Shown here in pieces: positions 20,239 to 28,267 of a stretch of DNA of 64,000 nt. Positions within the stretch are counted from its first letter, which is position 1. Each line of letters opens with the position of its first letter. The DNA is taken from assembly GCF_030655195.1 (NCBI RefSeq), contig NZ_JAURWA010000009.1, forward strand, positions 3,850-67,849. Direction: 5' to 3'. This DNA comes from Patulibacter sp. GTDB taxonomy: Bacteria; Actinomycetota; Thermoleophilia; Solirubrobacterales; Solirubrobacteraceae. A program made the position numbers and the translations under genes. Below the pieces are notes generated by a model, which made no database searches, was not told where the DNA came from, and saw only the letters and a program-made list of their open reading frames with translations.

Positions 20239-20424
20239 GCCCCGCGCTCCCAACAGCGGCACCTTCGAGGGCTGCTCTGCCGTGGCCTCGACGGGGACCT
20301 TCACCTCCGGCTCTGGTTCGGCGACCCCCGCGTCGTCGCCCACCAGGGGCACTCGGTCGTCCGCCGAAGGAGATCCACCGGCGCCGTACCTGACCTCGTC
20401 ACGCACCCGCTTCCACACACTCAT
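20239..20424 (-). other. Out-of-frame 62-codon N-terminal segment of the DUF4041 gene
   Basis: ATG 20424 lies 6 nt after TAGCGT; MSVWKRVRDEV...KVPLLGARG has typical codon usage, then 1 nt offset to RVRELQ frame. Confidence 0.65.
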
Positions 20425-20542
20425 TCCGCGACGCTACGTCCCCACCACACCGATGACAAGCGGAATGGACTGCCGCTTCCAACAGATCGAAGGTTTGCTG
20501 AGACTGCTCGCCCGACGTGACCGTTGCGGCCACGATGCTCAG

Positions 20543-21031
20543 ATGGCACGCCGCCGACCGTCGCTCGCCAACGAAGCCGCCGACGCCTTTCTCCGCCTCA
20601 CGACCGGCGCGGGCTTCCTCGCCGGATTGTTCTGGGCGGCGAACCATCCAGTGACGCCGACGAACTGCACCGGCACCTCGAGCGACTCGCTCGGAAAATG
20701 CATGGGCGACACCCTCTGGACGACGTTCCAGCCCTACCTCGTCGGCATCGGCGGCGGCACACTCGCCGGAGCGCTCCTCGCCGTACTGGTCATCGTCGTG
20801 ATCCGCCTCTCGGCCCACGCCTTCCAACGTGCCCCCGGGCCCGCGAACGGAGGGACAGCGTCAGGAGCAGATCGTCCCGTCGTCGCCTCGGCGTCGGTGG
20901 CCGGCCCGCGCGGCCGGTCGATGATCGCCCGGTACCCCGGCACCTGTTCCGGCTGCCGCTCGTCCATCCGACCGGGCGATCGGATCACGCACATCGGGCG
21001 GCAGAACAACCGCTGCGCGGCCTGCGGCTGA
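20543..21031 (+). CDS. Two-TM hypothetical protein with C-terminal Cys4 zinc-finger-like motif
   Basis: 162 aa; TM1 FLRLTTGAGFLAGLFWAA, loop Cys pair, TM2 YLVGIGGGTLAGALLAVLVIVVI; tail ARYPGTCSGC-x19-CAAC. Confidence 0.75.
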   Translation: MARRRPSLANEAADAFLRLTTGAGFLAGLFWAANHPVTPTNCTGTSSDSLGKCMGDTLWTTFQPYLVGIGGGTLAGALLAVLVIVVIRLSAHAFQRAPGPANGGTASGADRPVVASASVAGPRGRSMIARYPGTCSGCRSSIRPGDRITHIGRQNNRCAACG

Positions 21032-21100
21032 GACCGCCCCCAGCGGCCCCCGGAGAGGTCACGGCCGCGGACCCAAGGACGAGCGATCAGGGCCCGATTT

Positions 21101-21137
21101 CTTGTGCCCCAGCGGCACCTTGTGCTTCGTCTTGTGC
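21101..21137 (+). repeat. Three CTTGTGC direct repeats near attR (arm-type-site candidates)
   Basis: CTTGTGC at 21101, 21119, 21131; 6/7 match CTCGTGC at 17315 near attL. Confidence 0.55.
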
Positions 21138-21225
21138 AAGTTTCGTCGAAGCTGGCCTGCCCGAATCGCCTTTGAAACCTGCCTGTTTCGACCTAGACCG
21201 ACCTGGCCCGACCCCCGCGATCGTG

Positions 21226-21266
21226 TTCCTAAACCATGTGCGCAAGTTCGATTCTTGCCGGGGGCA
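21226..21266 (+). repeat. attR: duplicated 3' 41 bp of tRNA-Arg
   Basis: TTCCTAAACCATGTGCGCAAGTTCGATTCTTGCCGGGGGCA identical to 17228-17268. Confidence 0.95.
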
Positions 21267-21378
21267 CTGCGGGCGCCGCGCCCGGGCAGCGCGGACACCG
21301 GCGGTGCTTCGCGTGTCGCGCCGAACGATGGTGCCTCGAGTGCATCCATTCGGGCCTTCACGGCGTTGGTCCCGTCAC

Positions 21379-21618
21379 ATGCTCAGGGCTGACCCGTCCC
21401 CACCGGGAGAGTTGCGTCATCTTGCCCACGCACTCGTCCAGCGCCTGGACGTCCTCACGGACCGTTGGCTCGCCGGAACGGCCCCGACGCCTCAGCAGAT
21501 CGACGCAGCGGTCGACGACGTCGCCGTGCTGCGCGATCTGATTGCAACTCCCCAGCGACAGATCGACGTTCCAGAGACGCACGAGACCGCGCCCTCGGCC
21601 CGGGAGCGCAGGGCCTGA
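21379..21618 (+). CDS. Small helical hypothetical protein (79 aa)
   Basis: MLRADPSPPGELRHLAHALVQRLD...; TGATG overlap with next ORF. Confidence 0.5.
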   Translation: MLRADPSPPGELRHLAHALVQRLDVLTDRWLAGTAPTPQQIDAAVDDVAVLRDLIATPQRQIDVPETHETAPSARERRA

Positions 21619-21836
21619 TGGCAGCGTCCGGGAGCACGATCCCCGTCGCAACAGAGGACGAGGCGAGAAGCACCGCCGTCACCGACGCGCTGAGCCGCCT
21701 CGCCATCGAACTGGATCGCACCACGCGCCACCTCGATCAGTACGTCTCCCGTCTCCACGGCGAACACCTCGCGCCGCAGGACGGCGGAAGCGTCGCCTCA
21801 ACGACCGGTCGGCTCCCCGGACGCCCGCTTCGCTGA
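21618..21836 (+). CDS. Small helical hypothetical protein (72 aa)
   Basis: MAASGSTIP...LSRLAIELDRTTRHLDQYVSRL; starts in the stop codon of the previous ORF. Confidence 0.45.
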   Translation: MAASGSTIPVATEDEARSTAVTDALSRLAIELDRTTRHLDQYVSRLHGEHLAPQDGGSVASTTGRLPGRPLR

Positions 21837-21864
21837 TCGCGCGGTCGGCGGCGCTCGCGGGCGG

Positions 21865-22857
21865 TCACGCCGTAGCGATCGGCGTCGGATCGCCGGTGGT
21901 GCGGGTGGCGAACGCCAGCGTCGCGAGTGCGATCAGGAGCCATCCGCCGAGGATCAGCGCTGGTCCCAGCGCGCCGGTGGCGTCGAACAGCCCGGTGGCG
22001 CGGAGCAGGCTGCCGGCGGCGCCCGGAGGCAGGATCTGGCCGAGCGTGGCCCAGCCGTCCGGCAGCCAGTAGGGGCCCGAGGCCAGCCCGGACAGCGGGT
22101 TGCCGACCAGCATCGCGATCGCCGCGCCGATCCCGAAGCCGACGTAGCCGAAGGCGGTCATCAGCGCCAGCTGGGTCATCGCCAGCGCGCCGATCCCGAG
22201 GCTCAACCCGAGGCCGTTCAGCAGGATGCTGCCGTCGATCGTCTCGAACACGAGTTGCAGGAAGAGCGCGACGCCGAAGCCGGCGATCAGGGAGTACGTC
22301 GCGACGCCCACGATCTCGAGGCGGTTGCGGCGCGCTCCGGTGAGCAGGTTGAAGAAGAGCGCGACCGGGAGCAGGCCGCCGAACACCAGGGGCAGGCCGG
22401 CGCCGGCCAGCCCGGTCCCGCGCGGGTCGCCCTGGGGGAACGGGACGACCTCGACGGGCCTTGCGATCGTCCCGGCGGCCTGGGCGCCTGCCGAGCCGGC
22501 GGAGGTCAGCGCGGCGGTGACCTGTGGTGCTGCGGCCATGGCCGTGTAGATCCGCCACTGCCGGCCGGTCGACTCGATCCCGCCGACCACCTCACGGTCC
22601 TTGATCACCGCCTGCAGCGCGCGGGCGTCTTCGTATGGGCGGACGTCCCACCCACGAGGATCCAGCCTGGCGCCGGCCTGTTGGGCGGCGACGCCGACCG
22701 TGCCGATGGGTGCGGCGTTGGGGCCACTGCCGTGGTTCGGCAGGACGAACGCGAGGAGCATCACCACGATCACCGCAGCGAGCGCAGCGGACAGGCCCAG
22801 CACCTTCTTTGCGTCGTCACCGGCGCGAGGTGCGGAGGGGCGTTCGTCGGGAACCAT
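21865..22857 (-). CDS. ABC-2/DUF3533-type 6-TM permease-like membrane protein
   Basis: N-terminal TM, extracellular loop, DPRGTGL, VGNPLSGLASGPYWLP..W, LPPGAAGSLLR. Confidence 0.75.
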   Translation of the reverse strand: MVPDERPSAPRAGDDAKKVLGLSAALAAVIVVMLLAFVLPNHGSGPNAAPIGTVGVAAQQAGARLDPRGWDVRPYEDARALQAVIKDREVVGGIESTGRQWRIYTAMAAAPQVTAALTSAGSAGAQAAGTIARPVEVVPFPQGDPRGTGLAGAGLPLVFGGLLPVALFFNLLTGARRNRLEIVGVATYSLIAGFGVALFLQLVFETIDGSILLNGLGLSLGIGALAMTQLALMTAFGYVGFGIGAAIAMLVGNPLSGLASGPYWLPDGWATLGQILPPGAAGSLLRATGLFDATGALGPALILGGWLLIALATLAFATRTTGDPTPIATA

Positions 22858-22922
22858 GGTGCCTTCCAGGTAAATGAGAATGAGCCTTCAACTTCCTGTC
22901 GGCACGCTACCAAATAAGTTGA

Positions 22923-22951
22923 GAGGCAGTTCTCAAGTTGAGGACTGCCTC
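22923..22951. promoter_or_regulatory. TetR operator candidate (14-bp-arm palindrome)
   Basis: GAGGCAGTTCTCAA-G-TTGAGGACTGCCTC, 1 mismatch, in divergent permease/TetR promoter. Confidence 0.75.
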
Positions 22952-22973
22952 GTTTTTGCGCTACGGTCCTGTG

Positions 22974-23639
22974 GTGTCCCCGTCGATCGACGCCGTCCCC
23001 GAGCCGCCGTTGCGCCGTGACGCCCGGCGCAACGTCCAGCGCATCCGCGCCGCGGCGCTGGAGGTCTTCCGCGAGCAGGGCCTCGGCGCCTCGCACGAGG
23101 TCATCGCCAGACGCGCCGACGTGAGCGTCGGCACCGTGTACCGCCGGTTCCCCGACCGCGAAGAGCTCATCGACGCGCTGCTGGACGACGAGTTGCTCGT
23201 CGTCGTCGACATCGCCCAGCAGGCGCTGGACACCCCGGACGCGTGGGACGGCCTGGTCGCGCTGCTCGAACGCTCTCTGGAGCTGGCGAGCGCCAACGTC
23301 GCGCTGCAACAGCTGCTGACCGGCAGCCAGCACGGCTCGCACAGGGTCGAACGCATCCGGGCGCGGCTCGAACCGCTCGCGGCGGCGGTGATGCAGCGCG
23401 CGCGCGACAGCGGCGCGATCCGCGCCGACGCGGACACCCAGGACCTACCGCTGCTGCAGCTGATGCTCAGCTCGCTGCTGGACGCCAGCCGTGACCTTGC
23501 CCCGCAGCTGTGGCGTCGCTATCTGGCGATCTTCCTGGACGGCCTGCGGCCGGGCGAGCCTCGCACCCAGCTTCCACCGCCGATCGACCTCAGCATCGTC
23601 CACGACGTGGTGGTCCGCTCCCACACCGTCGGACGCTGA
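22974..23639 (+). CDS. TetR family regulator
   Basis: RRDARRNVQRIRAAA..IARRADVSVGTVYRRFPDREEL; GTG 6 nt after TACGGT. Confidence 0.92.
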   Translation: MSPSIDAVPEPPLRRDARRNVQRIRAAALEVFREQGLGASHEVIARRADVSVGTVYRRFPDREELIDALLDDELLVVVDIAQQALDTPDAWDGLVALLERSLELASANVALQQLLTGSQHGSHRVERIRARLEPLAAAVMQRARDSGAIRADADTQDLPLLQLMLSSLLDASRDLAPQLWRRYLAIFLDGLRPGEPRTQLPPPIDLSIVHDVVVRSHTVGR

Positions 23640-23674
23640 GATCGGACGCGGAGCGGGCGGTCGAGACGCTGGTG

Positions 23675-24382
23675 TTAGGAGGGCAGCTGGGTCTCGACTG
23701 GCGAGCCCTCGGCGGCCATCGTCCAGAGAGCCTCGGCGAGCGTGTCCGGCTCGACCACGGGATACGGGATCGGCGCGGCGTCGTCGCCGCCGGCGAGCGC
23801 CGTGTGCGCGGCGCTGCCTTCGATCAGGGCCGAGATCAGCAGCGATCCCACGTGGATGCCGTGCGCGGAGAGTTCGGCGGCGAGGCCGTGGGCGTAGTTC
23901 CGGGTGGCGGCCATGGCGGGGCCCGCGCCGCTGCGGTCGGCCTTGGGCTGCGCCGCGGTGGTGCCGAAGCCGAACAGGATCGCTCCGCTGCGTCGCTCGG
24001 TCATCTCCGGAAGCACGGCCTGGACGATGTCGACCGGGGCCAGCGTCAGCAGCTCCACGTTTGCTCGCAGCTCGGCCGAGGTGAGCGATCGCGCCGGGGT
24101 GAAGCCGACCTCCGACCCGACGGGGCCGTAATAGACGGTGTCGATGCGTCCCATCTCCTTCCGGATGCGTTCCACCACGTCCGACGCCCCGCCGCGAGAG
24201 GAGAGATCTGCAGGAAAGGCGCGTGCGGTGATGCCGTCCGCCGAGAGCTCGTCGGCCAACGCGGCGAGGGGCGCGGGGCGCCGTGCGACGAGTGCGACCT
24301 CGAAGCCTTCGCGACCGAACCGCCTGGCGACCGCGGAACCCAGACCGGGACCGGCACCGAACACCGCAATAACCTGAGACAT
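23675..24382 (-). CDS. Atypical SDR oxidoreductase
   Basis: VFGAGPGLG, VALVARR; canonical YxxxK not evident. Confidence 0.85.
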   Translation of the reverse strand: MSQVIAVFGAGPGLGSAVARRFGREGFEVALVARRPAPLAALADELSADGITARAFPADLSSRGGASDVVERIRKEMGRIDTVYYGPVGSEVGFTPARSLTSAELRANVELLTLAPVDIVQAVLPEMTERRSGAILFGFGTTAAQPKADRSGAGPAMAATRNYAHGLAAELSAHGIHVGSLLISALIEGSAAHTALAGGDDAAPIPYPVVEPDTLAEALWTMAAEGSPVETQLPS

Positions 24383-24424
24383 GCCTCAAGTTATAGCGAA
24401 CCAGGGCGGAGGTACTCTCGACAC

Positions 24425-24964
24425 GTGGTCCGTGCCGACGCCCGACGCAACGCAGAACGGCTGAGGGCGGCGGCGCAGGAGGTGTTCGCCGAGCAGGGCC
24501 TCGGCGCCTCGCTCGAAGCGATCGCCGCCCGGGCAGGCGTGAGCATCGGAACCCTCTACAACCGCTTCGGCTCCCGGGAGGGGCTCATCGATGGCGCGAT
24601 GACGGGCCTCTTGCGAGAGCAGGTCGATTCGATCGCGGCACGCGCCGAAGCCTGCGTCGACCCGTGGGACCGGCTCGAGAGCCACCTGCACGGCCTGGTG
24701 GAGATGCAGATCCTGACGCCGGCGCTGGCCCAGTCCATCGCCCAGGCACCGCCCGGCAGCGCGCTCGCCCAGGAGTGCACCACCGCGATGAACGGTGTCG
24801 GCGCGGCGCTCGCCGACGCGATCGACGCCGGCTCCGCCCGTCCGGACGCGCACATCGACGACGTCGCGGCGCTGCTGGTGGCCAACGTGGCCGTGCTCTC
24901 CACCCTCGGCGCCGAATCGGCCCGCCGCCTCAGCACCATCGTGCTCGCCGGCCTGCGCCGCTGA
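24425..24964 (+). CDS. TetR family regulator
   Basis: RADARRNAERL..IAARAGVSIGTLYNRFGSREGL; GTG 6 nt after TACTCT. Confidence 0.92.
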   Translation: MVRADARRNAERLRAAAQEVFAEQGLGASLEAIAARAGVSIGTLYNRFGSREGLIDGAMTGLLREQVDSIAARAEACVDPWDRLESHLHGLVEMQILTPALAQSIAQAPPGSALAQECTTAMNGVGAALADAIDAGSARPDAHIDDVAALLVANVAVLSTLGAESARRLSTIVLAGLRR

Positions 24965-25040
24965 GACGTCCCCACGACGCAAGTCCCTCAGAACGCAGCA
25001 CGCACGTCGACCCCCGACGACCGATCCAGGCGGGGTGGCC

Positions 25041-25505
25041 TCAAGGACGCAGGATCGGCGGGTGGGTTCCCCCGGAGACCTCGAACTCCCCCGGCCGCAC
25101 CTCGTCCCCGCAGGCCTCGCACACCACGACGGGATGCAGCTCTGCGCCACAACGGTGACGGAACACGGCCGTTGGCTGATGGTGCTCTCCCGTGTGGCGC
25201 TCGCCCCAGACCTTGAGCGCGAGGAGCACCGGGACGAGGTCGTACCCGGCGTCGGTCAGGACGTACTCGTCGCGGGGCGGGCGCTCGGAGTACCGGCGGC
25301 GGGCGATGACGCCGGCGGACTCCAGCTTGCGCAGACGGGAGGTCAGCAGCGACCGCGGAGCCCCGGTCAGCGTGGCCAGCTCGGAGAACCGGCGATACCC
25401 GTAGAGGATCTCCCGCAGCAACGGCAACGAGTGGCTGTCGCCGAGCACGCCGACCGCGTCGGTGAGCGAACACGTCCTGGGACTCGGTAGCACTTCTGGA
25501 CCCAT
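25041..25505 (-). CDS. HxlR-family winged-helix regulator with C-terminal Cys/His motif
   Basis: CSLTDAVGVLGD, RRFSEL, LTSRLRKL, RDEYVLTDAG, HRCG..VVVCEACG. Confidence 0.9.
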   Translation of the reverse strand: MGPEVLPSPRTCSLTDAVGVLGDSHSLPLLREILYGYRRFSELATLTGAPRSLLTSRLRKLESAGVIARRRYSERPPRDEYVLTDAGYDLVPVLLALKVWGERHTGEHHQPTAVFRHRCGAELHPVVVCEACGDEVRPGEFEVSGGTHPPILRP

Positions 25506-25566
25506 GCCTGTACGGTACACCGCAGTCAGTCCGGAAGTTGGACCTACAACCGCGATCGAGCAGACC

Positions 25567-25704
25567 ATGACCGTCTCCGAGACCCTGACCACCCGCAACG
25601 CGTCGTTCGCCACCGAGGCCTTCCAGCCCGCGTTGCGGATGATGCCGTCGCTGCGCACGATCGTGATCGGGTTCTGCGCTCCCGTCGCGGCGTTCGCCGG
25701 TTAG
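25567..25704 (+). pseudogene. 5' remnant of a beta-carbonic-anhydrase-like gene
   Basis: MTVSETLTTRNASFATEAFQPALRMMPSLRTIVIG resembles (from memory) actinobacterial beta-CA N-termini; diverges just before the expected CxDxR motif. Confidence 0.6.
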
Positions 25705-25710
25705 GGCGTC

Positions 25711-26355
25711 GTGCGCCTCCACCACCTGCCCGGGAGTCGATCGACCCGGGTGCTCTGGACCCTCGAGGAGCTCGGCATCGACTACGACCTCCACGTCATG
25801 ACCGGGGCCGAGCGCACCGGCCCCGAGCATCGCGCGCTGCACCCGCTCGGCCGCGTCCCGGTCCTCGAGCTCGACGACGGCCGGCACGTCTTCGAGTCCG
25901 CCGCCATCTGCCTGCACCTCGCCGACCTCCATCCGGACGCCGGCCTGGCCCCGCCCGTCGGCACGAGCGACCGCGCTGCGCTCTACCAATGGCTGTTCTT
26001 CGCGATGGCCGAGCTCGAGCCGGCCGTCTTCGGATGGATGCGGGCCACACGGGGCGGGACGCTCCAGGAGGTCGAGGCTGCCGCTCAGCACTTCGCCACC
26101 GTCGCCGCGGTCCTCCGCGACGTCGTGAGCGAGCGGCGGTGGATGCTCGGCGACACCTTCACGGTCGCCGACGTGCTCTGCAGCGGCCCGCTCGGCACCG
26201 CCTACCGCCGCGGACTAGCCGACGAGGATGGCCCGCTCCGCGAGTACGTCGAGCGCGCGGCGGCGCGCCCGGCGAACGTCCGCGCCGAGAGCGTCCGACA
26301 CCCCGGCGCGGCATCGGCCAGAACGACCATGCCCCGCGGATCGAGGACGAGATGA
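25711..26355 (+). CDS. Glutathione S-transferase family protein
   Basis: SRSTRVLWTLEELG, HPLGRVPVL, FESAAICLHL, LGDTFTVADV. Confidence 0.92.
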   Translation: MRLHHLPGSRSTRVLWTLEELGIDYDLHVMTGAERTGPEHRALHPLGRVPVLELDDGRHVFESAAICLHLADLHPDAGLAPPVGTSDRAALYQWLFFAMAELEPAVFGWMRATRGGTLQEVEAAAQHFATVAAVLRDVVSERRWMLGDTFTVADVLCSGPLGTAYRRGLADEDGPLREYVERAAARPANVRAESVRHPGAASARTTMPRGSRTR

Positions 26356-27233
26356 CACGCACCCCAGGACCGCTCGAGGCGCCGCTCCCTGACACCCCCG
26401 TCCCGTCGGGGCGGGTCCGCGCGGCCGGCGTCGACACGTTCTTCTACGACACCGGGACCGGCGAGGTCCCGACGATCTGCGTGCACGGGAACCCGGACTC
26501 GGCCGACGCCTGGCTGCCGATCCTCCACCGGGCGGGCGAGATCGGTCGCGTCATCGCTCCGGACCTCCCCGGGTTCGGGCGCTCGGAACGACCCGACCCC
26601 GCGGCGTTCGATGCGACGCTGGTCGCGTACGTCGCATGGTTCGACGCATTCGTCGACGCCCTGGACGTGCCCCGCTTCAACCTCGTCGTCCACGACTGGG
26701 GCAGCCTCGCCCTCGCCGCCGCAGCGCGGCGGCCACAGCAGCTCGAGCGACTCGTCGCGATCGACATCGTCCCGCTCTCGGCGGACTACCGCTGGCACTG
26801 GTTGGCGACCTACCTCTGGCGACCCCGCGTGGTGGGCGAGGTCGGCATGACCGTCTTCAACCGCTTCACCATCAAGCTCCTGACTCGCCTGCAGCGCCCG
26901 GGCCTCCGCCCGCTCGACGCCGACCTCCTGGACCGCGTGAAGCGCGACCTCGACCCAGGGATGAAGCGCGCGATCCTCAGCCTCTACCGCTCAGCCGATC
27001 CCGAGCTCCTGGGGCGCTACGGCGCAAACCTGCCCGACGTCGTCGCGCCGGCGCTCGTCCTCTGGGGCACCGACGACCCCTACGTCGGCCCCCACGAAGC
27101 GGACGTCCTGACGGCGGCCCTCGGCGGCCCCACCGAGACCGCGCTCGTGAAGGGTGGACACTGGCCGATGCTCGACACCGACGACGTGTTCGACCGCACG
27201 ATCGCCTTCCTCGGGGACGGAACCGGCGCCTGA
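26352..27233 (+). CDS. Alpha/beta hydrolase, haloalkane-dehalogenase/epoxide-hydrolase-like
   Basis: VHGNP, APDLPGFGRS, VVHDWG, LWGTDDP, GGHWP; ATGA overlap with GST. Confidence 0.88.
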   Translation: MTRTPGPLEAPLPDTPVPSGRVRAAGVDTFFYDTGTGEVPTICVHGNPDSADAWLPILHRAGEIGRVIAPDLPGFGRSERPDPAAFDATLVAYVAWFDAFVDALDVPRFNLVVHDWGSLALAAAARRPQQLERLVAIDIVPLSADYRWHWLATYLWRPRVVGEVGMTVFNRFTIKLLTRLQRPGLRPLDADLLDRVKRDLDPGMKRAILSLYRSADPELLGRYGANLPDVVAPALVLWGTDDPYVGPHEADVLTAALGGPTETALVKGGHWPMLDTDDVFDRTIAFLGDGTGA

Positions 27234-27377
27234 ACCGGCCCGAGCGCACGGTTCTGAGGTCGACCGCCGTCCGGGAGCCGACCGCTCGTCGGACGCTCGT
27301 GAGCGATCGCGGGCCCTGGGCCGCCGGTCCACGGTGACGGGAGCCCGGCACAGGACCGTCCCGCGGAAGTCGGTCCC

Positions 27378-27863
27378 TCAGACGCGCTTGCGTCCTGCCG
27401 CGAGCGCCTCCGCCGCCTTCGCTACCCGCCGGGCGCGAGTCTCGGCCGCCTTCGCCTGTTCGATCGTGGTGACGAAGCCCTTCTGCTGGCTCGCCGTCAA
27501 CCCGTCGAAGAACGCCCGAGCACCGGGCAGCGCCTCGAGGGCGGACGCGAGGTCGTCGGGGACCTCGACGGTGCGGGGAGCGGTGTCCAGCGCGAGAGTC
27601 ACGTCGACCTCATCGCCGGCCCCGACCCCGGCCAGCTCGCGGTTCTCGGCGCTCAGCGAGACGAGTGAGCGACCACCACGGGTCGCGATCATTCCGCGGT
27701 AGCTGTGACTGCCGACGGTGATGGCGACCAGTGGCTGGCGCCCGCCGCCGAGCTCCTCGACGACCTGCGGCGGGACCAGCACGCCGGTCGTGGCCCCGCC
27801 GCCGGACACGATCGTGCTGCGGAAGCGGACGGCGGGGTCGGGCGTGGGGGGAGTGGAGACCAT
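27378..27863 (-). CDS. DUF1905 + YdeI/OmpD-associated domain protein
   Basis: FRSTI..TGVLVP..HSYRGMI..GDEVDVTL..RTVEVPDDL..FDGLTASQQK..AKAAETRARR. Confidence 0.85.
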   Translation of the reverse strand: MVSTPPTPDPAVRFRSTIVSGGGATTGVLVPPQVVEELGGGRQPLVAITVGSHSYRGMIATRGGRSLVSLSAENRELAGVGAGDEVDVTLALDTAPRTVEVPDDLASALEALPGARAFFDGLTASQQKGFVTTIEQAKAAETRARRVAKAAEALAAGRKRV

Positions 27864-27920
27864 GTGCTTGTCCTTCGATCGGAGCCCGCCATTCGGGACG
27901 CGCGGCGGGTGGTCGAGCTG

Positions 27921-27947
27921 AGACCGCCGCGTCGTTCCGAACTCATC
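27921..27947 (-). promoter_or_regulatory. ECF sigma promoter candidate GATGAGTT-N15-GTCT
   Basis: Same motif and spacing as 57543-57569; about 58 nt upstream of the YdeI gene. Confidence 0.55.
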
Positions 27948-28267
27948 GGGGGGGGGCATTCGTCGGCTCGTCGCCGCAGCCCCGTCGCCAGCCCTTCGAG
28001 CAGCGACGAACCGGCGCGAGGCGAGACACCGGCTGGCTCGTCGCGCTTGCTGCCTCCGCTTCCGTCAGGACGAATCGTACCTGTCGAGGCGGGCGGTGCA
28101 GAGGTGGTTGCTCGACATCGGCCCGGTCGGGCGATCGCTGGGCACGCGGGATGGCACGAGGTGACGCTCGAGCGCATCGTCCGCCTGGGTCGTCGGTCGG
28201 CTGCGGAACACGGGATCCTCGAGGCGCTCGCGCGCCGTCGCCGACCGGAACGCCGTGCCGGGGAGCG

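Larger units (their letters stand above)
17228..21266. mobile_element. ~4.0-kb tRNA-Arg-anchored genomic islet without integrase
   Basis: Identical 41-bp repeats at 17228-17268 and 21226-21266; visibly more A/T-rich than flanks; cargo Fic, DUF4041 nuclease, TM-zinc finger. Confidence 0.85.

Noticed and set aside
21226-21266. Second tRNA-Arg gene
   Set aside because: Only the 3' 41 nt are present; no 5' acceptor strand or D arm, so it is attR
27948-27956. G9 run (also G8 at 58930-58937) as phase-variation tract
   Set aside because: Short intergenic runs are expected in very GC-rich DNA; the G9 lies just upstream of the -35 element, so it would not change the promoter spacer
27943-28267. Possible gene between YdeI and the hydrolase
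   Set aside because: No frame shows consistent codon bias or known motifs
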